Shown piece by piece: positions 26,201 to 38,200 of a stretch of DNA of 64,000 nt; the first letter of the stretch is position 1, and every line of letters starts with the position of its first letter. The stretch is from Sphyrna mokarran. Lineage: Eukaryota. The notes below the pieces were generated by a model. It was not told the DNA's origin. It was given only the letters and a program-made list of their open reading frames with translations, and ran no database searches. Location of the stretch: contig JAGIQG010000026.1 of assembly GCA_024679065.1 (NCBI GenBank), positions 28,086,001-28,150,000 on the forward strand, in the 5' to 3' direction. Both the position numbers and the translations under genes were made by a program.

Positions 26201-29200
26201 AGATACAAGAAGTGCATTCTTTATTAATCATATTACAAAATCTTAACATTTCAAAACAGCTATATAGAAAACCAAATCTCAAATCAAAGTAAAATCAAAA
26301 TTCAAGTCTGCATATGGATCTGCACAAAACCAGTTTACATAGATGATTTAATAATAGCAAAGCCATTTTTTGAAGATGTGTATCTACAAAAACATACATT
26401 GCCTGCAAGTTGATCAGAAGGACGTGCACAATATTAAGCTATCATTGCAAATTACAGCACTTGCTGCACAGCTTCTCACTCTGACAGTAATTCTAGCTGT
26501 GCATACTGTCCATAGAACACAATAATTCAAGACTTACCTCTGATTGAAAATACAAAAATGCCAACAAAAGCATTACATGTGATTTCAAATCATTTTTAAA
26601 TGACTGTTTCCAAACCATTTTAATATCACATTATTATAAACGCAGGGACAGCACAAGTCATAAAGGGAGGCCTCCATCTATTTGTTACTTTATACTGCGA
26701 AGATTACTGTATGAAACAGAATTTTTTAATTACACAGTATAAATGAAACTCTCTCAGGTAATGCAAAAAAAGTCAATACAATTTTCTCCAACACAAAAAT
26801 GTCAGTCATAAATTTTCTTTCAATGTTTAAACAGTATTAAAATATGTTAATATTCCAACAACTAATTTAATTTGTCTTGCAGTACCTAAGCTCACACATA
26901 CACTTATTCCTGCTACAATCACACACTCAGATGGTCTCTGAAAACACAATTTACATAACTGCACAGACAAAATGAACAGTTAAACCTGTGGATAAATTAG
27001 CACAGTATGCTCACACATACGCAAAAGTATCTTGCAGCAAAGCAGGCAAATGTGTAAATGTATATGCCAGCTTGTTAATTAATTTATATAGGCTTGTATA
27101 AAATCAGACTGAATGTATATAAAGAACAGGAAATGCATGATAATTTGTACAGAAACATGTTTTATAAGAGATATTTAGAAGATATACAAGCCATCTATTT
27201 GACACACCGATATAGTTTTTGTTGATTCTAATCAAAAATATCTTTTATATTCCAGGTGCATTTTATTAATTTTTTTAAAGCACAAGTTATTTCAGAAGGA
27301 AGGATGTACAAAGAACAAAGAAGCACAGGAAACAGGCCCTTCGGCCCAACGAGCCCGCACCGCCTCCTCCATGTTCCCACCTCTACCTGTGATCCCTGTC
27401 TATGTTTAGAGATCTATGGATTAAAAACCAAATGAGACAATTTAGGGAGAATTTGTTTTGCCAATTAGCCTAAGAGCACATCTTTGGGATGTGGGAGGAA
27501 ACCGGAGCACCCGGAGAAAACCCACGCAAGCACGGGGGGAATGCGCAAACTCCCACAGACACAGGCCCAAATCCATGTATCTGCACAGCACAGCAATAGT
27601 CACTGAGCTGTCGTGTTGCCAATCAAATGGTCCAGGTCAAGCGTACACTAACGACGTGAAGCACTAGGATACTCTCGAAAAAAATCCAAGAGCAGCCCTC
27701 TCACAACCCATCGTGTGTATGCCCCTCATTAGACAACAAGGTGGACCAAAGCACCTGTAGGATAAAAACAAGTACATCAATATCATCATCTATTTACACA
27801 CTTCCCAGGGACTCCCAAGGATCATGATCCCTATTTTAAATCAGTTTTCTATACCCCTCCATTCCCATTCTGTTCATGTGCCCATCTAAGTATTTCTTAA
27901 ATAACTCCAGAGTACCTGCCTCACCACTTTACTTGGCAGCACATTCCATACCCCCACCACCCTCTGTGTGAAAAAACTCCCTCTAGCATCCAAATTATAC
28001 CTCACCCCCCTCACCCTAAGCCCGTGATCCCTCGTGCTATTCAAGTCCATCCTAGGAAAAAGCTTAACCCTGTTTACTCTATCTATACCCCTCATAATCT
28101 TGTACACCTCTATTAGATCTCCTCTAAGTCTATGTCTTTCTAAGGAAAACAGTCCCAATTTGCCTAACATCTCCTCGTAACTCAGACCTTCCATACCAGG
28201 CAGCATCCTGGTAAACCTCCTCTGCACTCTCTCCAGAGTCTCCACATCCTTCCGGTAGTAAGGCGACCAGAACTGGATGCAGTTTTCCAAATGAGGTCTA
28301 ACCAACGTTTTATACAACTGCAACATTAAAGGCCAGCTCTGTACTCTATACCCCTTCCTATAAAGGCTAGCATACTATATGCTTTCTTCACAACCTTCTC
28401 CACTTGCTCTGCCACCTTCAGAGACTTGTTCACCTGCACCCCCAGGTCCCTCTGCATTTCTATATGTAATGTAACATGTTTTCTTCACGCTTTACCACAA
28501 ATTTTTTTTGATCAAAGTTGTAGTTTAAAATGTGTTTTTTTCCCTTCTGTAATTTTTCTTTGGATCTTAGGAAACACATCAGTTTGATGGATTCTCAGCC
28601 AAAACTGCTACTGTTGTAACAATTCAGTGGGCAAGTTCACATACCAGAGAACTATATTTCTGACACACTTATGAACTAAATGTGCATCCCAGTTAAATTT
28701 GTTAAAATAGGCAAGATTGAGTGAATAGTATTTTACAACCATTTGAAAATTACAACAAATCTAATTAACAGATTAATGAGAAACTATTCACCTTAATTGC
28801 CTGCTTGAGGCAATAACGTCACTATAATTTTCAAAATAGGCACAATGTAGCTAAAATCAGTACTATACACAGCTCCCCGCACCTTTCATCTCAAATGCAA
28901 TTGCTTGCAGTGGGGAACAGTGGCATGTTTTTGCTGTAGTTGAGATTAATAGCATTGATTAAATTCACCCTTACTACACCTTATGTATAACCCCCACTGG
29001 GCACTTGCAGTATTGCATCTTCACTTGTTCAAGTACACAGAAAATTGCAAATATTAAAGGGAACTTGACTCTACTGCTACAGGAAATATTGCTCGAGGTA
29101 AGACGCACAAATTAATTTCTCCCCAGATAAAGTACAGCATGGGCATAACAGTACTGCATAGTCTTCCTACTGAAACAAGGGCACAATCCAGCAGGTACAG

Positions 29201-32200
29201 CTGTTGTATTCTTCCCTCAATATACTACCTAATGGAAACAGAAGCATCATATTTTGCTCCAGTAATCCAATACCTCAGGCACAGTATCTAGAAGGTGCAA
29301 AGACACCAGTTTATGACTTCAACTTAATGGTACTCACCAGCACTGGGAGCCTGGCCATGGATTAAAGTTGGAGGTTTCAGCCGAAAGCCAACATTCTTCT
29401 CATCTAAAGAGAAAGAAAACCAGTGATTAATCTGAGATGTATATTTATATTTCTGCACACCTACTTTTTTTTGTGGGAGTCATATGTCAGGCAGCCCACA
29501 AATAGGACAGCACAGGGAGTTCACATCCATAGCATCAGGCCTTTCAGCTTCTCAAGTTTTTATCTAAGGTAAAAAGTACAAAAAGAGGGCTGAGAGAGGG
29601 AGGGGAGATACTTTACAGTACTGGATTATAGGACTTACCTGGCTCTGAGTCAGAGTTGCTGGCTGCTGCCTGGCAGAAACCCAATGGCATAAAGACATTA
29701 TTCTTTGGAACTGCAAGATAAGGACAGTGGCAGTGAGTATCAGTAGATCACACCAATTTTAATAGTCCCTAATTCTGCAGATTATTCACCAATGGCTCTT
29801 CCTTCCAATGTGCGTTGGGATTTTCATAGTCAAGGGAAGGACTGCAAATAATGTCAGTGGCTTGAAAAAGTGCTTATTGGTCAAAACAACATACTAACCG
29901 TGCAATTTACTCTTGTCTGAATCACCAAACTACGGCACAACATACTGAAAGGAATCAACTTAGTCATCATTTGTTTATCTATTACATTTTAGAATGTCAA
30001 TTGGGCCATAAAGACTTGCAATTCAGAATTTAATTCTAAAACCTTAGAATACTAATGATTACTTTCATTTGACTAAGAATCGGAAATGTGACCTCTGACG
30101 AGATGATCGATTGAGAAATTGGCAAAATCATGCATAATAATTTGAACTGATTATGTCTTACGTGCCATACTCTAAATTTCAACAACAGCATTTCGCATAA
30201 GTTGATTAACAAACTGGTTTTTAAATCAGTCTGTATCAGAAATTTTCCTTCAAGTGTGTTCAATAAAGTGTGAAGTCCCAACGCTGCTGTAGGATTCAGT
30301 GCAAGAATCCAAAGTTACTGAAAATGATTGCTAGCACAAGGGGACACAGCTTTAAATTAAGGGGTGATAGTTATAGCACAGATATCAGAGGTAGGTTCTT
30401 TACCCAAAGGGTGGTTTGGGAGTGGAATGCCCTGCCTGCAGCAGTTGTAGATGCGCCAAGTTTGGTGGCGTTTAAGAGGTTAGTTGATAAGTATATGGAA
30501 GAGAAGGGAATGGTTTAGTTTGGAGGGGCATTGCTTTTTATATTGGTCGGCGCAACATCGAAGGCCGAAGGGCCTGTTCTGTGCTGTAGTGGTCTATGTT
30601 CTATTAATTTGCCAATAACTGGGTATCTAGTTCTGAAGATGAAGGTCCAGAAAGAAAAGTACAAACTTTTACATTTTAGATAGCAGTCTTTTCATTCCCT
30701 GAATAAAGTTCAACCACACACAAATGCAAAATTCCTCTATCCATCAATATCAGTTAATAATATCCTATTATAATTAAATCAAATAGTCTTGAAAGGGCTC
30801 CCATTGCAGTGCCCAATGTGCTTGCCTTGTAAAGAAGTGGGTGGGTGTGAATAAGCCTAAATGTCATTCTATCGTCTTGGACCTGGAAGCCACAACAGTG
30901 ACGAACATTTCTAATTACTTTAAAATGCTTGGGAAATCCAATTGTTAAAAAAATGATTGAAATTGACTTTTAAGAGTTTGTATCTACTGTAAAGAGTTTG
31001 CATGAACAGTAAATATAAAATCAATTACGACTTTTGGATAAGAAGAAACACTGGTCCACGTGACCTTGGAATGCTTGACCTGGAAGCAATCCCAATAGGA
31101 AGGAAGTAAAAATGTGCAGGCCAACGAAAAAAAAGAGTAATGGGGCGGCTGGAGAAAGGAGGTGGTCAGCAAGACAAATTGAAGAACTGAATTTCTGAGC
31201 AGTTGAAAAACTCGTTTAGAGCTGCTATTGCTGTATCTTTCATTTCCGAGTGATTGAATATCACAAATCTGCCATATCATGCAAAAATAAAGGCAGTTTT
31301 GGAAGATGCATCAGGGAAAAAAGTTACCTGGAAATTTGGTCCATGTGGCAGTCAAACCCCTTTGGTTAAGTACTTCAGATTTGATGCACGCTCAGGGACA
31401 AGAGGGTGTGACTACGAGGGAGGTACGTACAGGGATCCAGAAGGTAGTTCTGGAGGAGCCTCAGCCCTTCCACTTGTCCAACCAATAGGAGGTTCTTGCA
31501 ACCTGTATGGACGAGAGCAGGAACTGCGATATGGGGGCCATCCAAGTTGGGGGAGTGAAAAATAATGCACTATTAGTAGGCGACAGTTTAGTTAATGGGA
31601 TAGGTACTGTTCTCTGCAGTCAAGAGCATGAATCCTGAAGCCTGTACTGCCTGCGCAGTGCCAATGTAAATACATCTCATCAGGACTGGAGAGGAACTTG
31701 GAGCAGGAAGAAAAGGATAACGTTTTTGTGGTCTACTTTGATACCAGTGACACAGGCAGGACTAAAAACAGATTCTATTATAGAAGTACAAAGTAGCTAA
31801 CCATTAGATTAATAAGCAAAATGGCAAAGAGAATTCCCCTTTATGGGAGAAACATAAAACTAGAGGTCATAGTTTCAGAATAAGGATGCTCTTATCTAAA
31901 TTGGAATTGAGGAGGAATTTCTTCTCAGAGGGTTGTCAATGTTTTGAATTCTCTACTGCAGAGAGAAATAGAGACGGGATCATTGAATATATTCAAAACT
32001 GAGTTATACCGATTTTTGATCAACAAGAAGTTAAGAATTATGGGGTGGAGTAGAGAGGTTGGTCAAAAAGGAAAGTGGAACTGAGACCCAGATTAGATCT
32101 TATTGAATGACGAAGCAGACTTGAGGGACCAAATGGCCTTTTCTTGCCTCTATTGCTTATGTTCTTATCTATTTGGTTCTCAAGCGATTCAAAACTTTCC

Positions 32201-35200
32201 TGCTCCAGCAGAAGTGAAGACCTCAGTTGGAATACATTTGAGGACCACAAATCTGCTGTTGCAATGGTATTCCAGCTGAAGTTTTCAAAGCTTTTGCTCA
32301 CATCAAAACTGTGCACTTATCCTACAGATTTGGGGAGAAAAAAGAACTCATCCCAAGAACAGGGATATGACAATTGTGACAACTATCTACAAGGAGAGAG
32401 ATAAATTGTGTTGTGAAAACTATTGATATATTTCCCTCTTATCCATAGCAAGGAAAATCCTTGCACATATTCTCCAAAATCATCACCTATTTTCTGTGCC
32501 TGAGAAATCCTCCCAGGCATTTATGATTTATAGTTTGAGGAAACTGCAATGTTTTTGCCCACTCTGCAAGCTACTCTCAATCTTGTCAATTCTACTTACA
32601 AGAAACTTGGCCTGTGTTGGAATGTTGCCAAAACAAAACCCCTATATCAATCCACACGTTAAAAGGTGATATTCTGCAATATGTTGAATGCATTCCATAC
32701 TTTGGCAGCCACCTCTCTCAAAAGATCAAACTCCAGATCAACTGCATTTGCTCAGCCTTTTATAAACCACAGCAACATCAACAAAAACCTCAAGTCTTGT
32801 GTGCAGAACAGTTGGCATTACCATGCTCCTGTATTACAGTGAGACCTAGACAATGCATCAATGACACCTAAGAGCGCTAGACAAATTCCATCACAATATC
32901 TCTGCTGTATCAATAGGAAGAAAATCCAACAAACACTAGTGGCGTTGAAGCCAGCTCCACAACCATTCAGATAAAACTCCTGCAAAATCAATCTTGGTTG
33001 TCTGGACACAAGTGTCCAGATGACTGAAAAGCATCTTCCCTGCCAGATTCTGTTCCCTCAAATCCTAAATGGCTGATATTCCAGGAAAACACTGTGAAGT
33101 TCTCCTTGAAGTATAGCAGTGTTGACATTAATGACTGATAGGGGCTTGCTACCAATCATTCAAAATGTCAACAACTTGTCAATCAAGCTGTATCACGTTG
33201 CAAGTCACAACATCATAATGAAAGGCAGTGACGGTATGAATAAAAGAAAGCAAATCCTGTATTCCAGATCCCACTACTTCACAGGACATCCTGCAACTGT
33301 GCCTAAAGATTCGAGGGTTGAGAATTAATCTGTATAGTCACATGAAGACCCACAGAATAAACTCGCAACCTTGAATCATCATCCTAGAACTGAGAAATAG
33401 CAGCCAACATTCCATACACCAAAATAATCTAAATGAAGAATTGCCCGATATATCATTAGTTTCCTACTCCCACAAACTCATTTAAAAGTAACTGTACTAA
33501 AGTTTGTTTTTCCATGCTGTTTATTGTCTTATATACTAGTTTAAGACCAACTCTCAAGATATTTCCTTTCAAAACTGTACAACCCAATTTTTTCCAATCT
33601 CTTCTGAAGTCAGATTTATAACCAACCATTCAAGGTGTACAGCAGCTTCTACACTTTCAGTCAGGTCATTCTTCTCTTTTCACCACTCCCCAATTCCATT
33701 GATTCACAGCTACACTCTAAGTGTATCCTCTACTTTCATCTACTGAAGCAATGAAGACATACATTTATATAACACCTTAATACAAAAAAACTCATGCTGA
33801 ACATCATAAATTAAACCAAGCCAAGAGAGAAATTAGGAGTGGTTAAAAGCCAAGTCAAAATTGGGATTTGAGGAGCTTTTCTAAAATGCATCATAGAATC
33901 CCCAAAATGCAGGAGACCATTCAGCCCAACGAGTCTGCACTAACAACAATCCCACCCAGCTCCTATCCCACCTATTTAGCCTGTTAATCTCCCTGACACT
34001 AAGGGACAACTAAGCATGGCCAATCCACCTAACTTGCACATTTTTGGACTGTGGAAGCATCCAGAGGAAACTCATTCAGACATGGAGAGAATGTGCAAAT
34101 TCCACAGATAGTCACTTGAGGCTGGATTTGAATCCAGGTCCCTCACACTATGAGGCAGTGTGTCTAACCACTTTGCAAAGTGCAAAGGTTTAAGAAGTTA
34201 AGTTTCTAAGAGTCAGGCCTAGACAGCTAAAGCCAAAGGTGAGGTGAAGGGATAGGAGAAAAACATATGAGGAAGGAGCTAGGGGAATAGGAGGAAATTT
34301 CAGAGGGGATACAAACCTTTGAAAGGATTTATATGTGAGTGCAAGGTTTTCAGTTAAATTCATTAGTGAGTAGAGAGCCAAAGAAGATTAGCAGCAAATG
34401 ATATTTTAGCTGGATATTGCGTACATCAGATAATTATTGCAGTAAGTTTTTCAGTCAAGTAAAAATTTAATGCAAAGGGGATAACTGGAGACAAGTAAGG
34501 AGAGGATAGCAATGCATTTAGCTACCTAGATCCTATGTTCAAGAAAGCCTTCCACAAAACTTTTGGTCACCTTCTTTTGGTGATTCCTTTTAATAATTCC
34601 TTCTTTGGTTCTTTGTTCATCTTCTCCTTAAACCATTCTGAAGCATCTTTGGGAATTTTTTTATGAGGTAAAAATGTTTTATAAACGCATACTGTTGTCA
34701 ATGTTAGACAAAGCAACTGAACAGCATGAAGGGAATTGAGAGATCTGGGACTGAATTTTATGGCAACTCCCACTAAGTACAGTTTTGGCGGAGGTTGGGG
34801 CGTGTAAAATACGACAGATGGTCAGCCCATTGCCTTCCCACCCATCTCTGACCCGGTACACGAACAGGTGTCAAAAACTGGCAACTCACCCATTTTTTTT
34901 TTTTAAGTGTAATTAAAAACCAATTGAGCTTATTAACAAGCTAATTGACCCATATTATGCACTACCCGTGCAATAATACATCAATGTGGCCAAATGGGAG
35001 GGCCTTAGAACTATGTATTCTCCCAAAAGCAAACCAAGACCTTATGCCGTTCCTGTGCTCTCCACCTAGCCTTCAAAACCCTTCCTCCATTCCCTGTCTA
35101 TCCCTTTCCACCCTAAAAATCCAGAACCTTCCTTCGGAGATCTATCGTTCTTCCTGGGGCCTGCTCATGGTCTACACTACATTCTGGCAAGACTGCAGCT

Positions 35201-38200
35201 GCCGGTCAGGTATTGAGGGTGCGACAAAGTCTTACCCTCTACTCATTTAGGCCACCCCCTGAGTGTTACTACTAATGGGGAGAGGGCTTTTATTTAAAGC
35301 CCACTTGTTTGAAACAGACTTTTGTAATACTGAAAGAACACAAGCAATGCGGCCCCTGTAAAAAGGTGAATGCAAAGGATTTTCTATCTATCTCAGAGAG
35401 CAGGAGCTCTCGTATCTGTCCCGGCCAATATTCACCCCTAGCCAACAACGCTTTAAAGAGATTATTTGGTCTATATCACATTGCTGTTTGTGATCATTAT
35501 CTCATGCTTATGTTCAAATTGGCTGCTGCATTTCCTACTTATAATAGTGACGACACTTCAAAAGTACATCACTAGTTGTAAGCGTTTGGGGCATTCTGAG
35601 GTCGTGAAAAGGTGCTAGACAAATGCAAGTCCTTCTTTCAAGAAAAGGATTACAATACCATTTAAAAAAGATGCATATTTGTAACGAAAGAGAAATATGA
35701 TTAGAATAAACAACTCCAGTTGAACACCTAGCAACAGCTTTTGTTTAACACCTTCTATTGTGTTTTAATTTGTTTGATTCTATGATCCCAAGAAATATAG
35801 CTGTTTTGTGTATCAAAACATTTGAGAACAAGGATTTAGGTTTAACAAACGCAATTCTGTCTGGTGCAAGACTCATGTGAATGCAGACATACTTTCCAAG
35901 CATTGGTCATACACCAATATATGCTGCACCACAGAAATGGCCACATTTCAGCAAACAATAAAAAGCAATAAAATTGTGGGGCATCACAGTTTAAGGATCC
36001 TAACCTGACTGTACCATTTCGTGTAACTTATCTTTGAGCAAAAAATGTTCAAACACTGAAGACAAGAAATTCAAATTACAGTAACCTATTCGAAAAGTGA
36101 CACCCTTAACCAAGGGATTCTACCACATTTTTCTATGCTTCAACTCTGAATAATCCGGCTTGCAAGATAAACTAACACAGCTCCACCACATCTGACTTTT
36201 ACTCTTCTAATATGAAGTTAATGATGATGATTGCTCTATCCAAACCTTCTAAAAGAATTAATAGCTTTGAGGGAAAGACAACTAAAAATACACATAAAAC
36301 ACCATTACTACTGACAGAAGCTATTTGGAAAGTTGCATAACAAGTGAAGATTGTCTACTCGAGAATAATAGTTCCATGTCGAAGACTATCTTTCTGAAAA
36401 AGAGAATACAAGCTTTGCATATAAAGCTTGTATGGGAAAAGATGGGAAAAACATCACCTCTAATAGCCAGAGATACTCCAGAGACATTGTACAGAGCATA
36501 AAAGTCAGTTGCAGCCATGCTGTAACAAAAACACATTCCTGTTGTGCTAAGGATTCAGTACCAAGGTTTGGAAACCAACTTTACCTCCAAAACCATACCA
36601 AAGATGCAATGATTTGTAGCAACAGAATAGAATATTGGTTCAGGAAATTCTAAGCTTCTCACAAAAGAAGAAAATAAATAGTAAACCGGGCTTTATTTAT
36701 AAATATACCAAACAAATTGGAAAAATTGCAAGATACATAAAGCAAGCTTGTAGAATGAAGTGCAATTTTCTCTCATTTGGCAAGCATCCCATCCATTATA
36801 TGGAGTTGGGAAAAGGTTTTTCAATCACAATGAAAAGGCTTATTATTAAATACGCACAGAGTAAGGTAATAGTAGTCATGTTCTTCTGGTGATGAGAGCA
36901 TTGTTAGCTTGTCTTCCCCTCAAAGCTACTAATTCTTCAGAAGGTTTGGACAGAGCAATCATCATTATTAACTTCATATTGGAAGAGTAAATCAGGTCTT
37001 CTGAATCAAAATGTCTACAAGTGCACATACACACAATGGGGTAGGAGGAGGTTGAAAAAAATAGTATGAACAGTCAGTCATTGGTCACAAAATGAGCATT
37101 TCCAACATGCAGCTGGAATTTGGGATTGAAAAATACCAATTCTGTAATTCCACTTCATGCTTAAGATGTCACAGCACTGCAGGTATCCTATACTAATGTG
37201 ATCTATGTTTATTTTCATGAAATGTTTCAATAAATATTCGAAGATCAGTCTTTAAGCGAAGTAATTTATTTACCAATAAGTAGAACAAATCATATTTTCA
37301 ATTTCTGAGCATATAAATATTTCTCTCTTACTCCACAAACTGCCTTTTTTGCCAAGTTACCTTCTACTTCCTCCCACTTGAGCAAGGAATTAATTTTGCA
37401 GTGTGACCAAAAGAATTAAATATGTAGCTGTGGTGAAGTGACTGGCCAAAGGAAAAACTATATTGCATAGACTCAAGGGCCTGCACATCATTTCAGGTTG
37501 CTTGTAACCGTGCTAAGAATGCACTTGTTTAGCTAATGAAGAATCCCAATTATTGAACAGTCAGAGAGAAAAAGAAAACAATGCTTCATTTGTTCATGCT
37601 TGGAAAAGGAACATACCTGGCTGTGAAGGTGGGAACACCTGTGTGAAAGACGAAGATCTCTCTCTTTTAACAGGTGGAGGATAGTTACCATCATCTTTGT
37701 CAGAATCTGAAGAAATAAATTAATTACATGGAGAAGAATAACTTTACGTTTAAAATGTAGCCACTGAATCTGAAATACTAATCACCTGATTTATTCTTAA
37801 AAAGCTGCAATTACTCTGACCTGCAGCCAAAAATTTACATGCAAGTTATAAATGCCCTTTGAGTTCAAAAGTTTATAAAGAACTATAATTTTCTAGGTTT
37901 ACCTTTGTGGACAACTTGCCAAAGAATTATTTAACAATGAGTTAGAAAAACAAGCTAAGTTTAATATAGCTCCATTTTAGGAACTAAATATCTGAACAAG
38001 AGGAAGCACTAACGGCCCATAACTTCTGCAGAGTGTCAATCTCCATAAGATTGTCACGCTCGACAGATGTACCCACAGGGGGATTCCAAAGCTCTTGTCT
38101 TGCCCAATCTTCCTCACTCAGTCTGGGTAAGACAGGAGTAGTGCAGCGTGCCCTTGGCAGCATCAGCATGAACTAACTAGGATGCAGACGAGAAGGAATT

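Noticed and set aside
27886-28326. 146-aa ORF as a host gene
   Set aside because: It is the C-terminus of CR1 ORF2 in a 5'-truncated copy.
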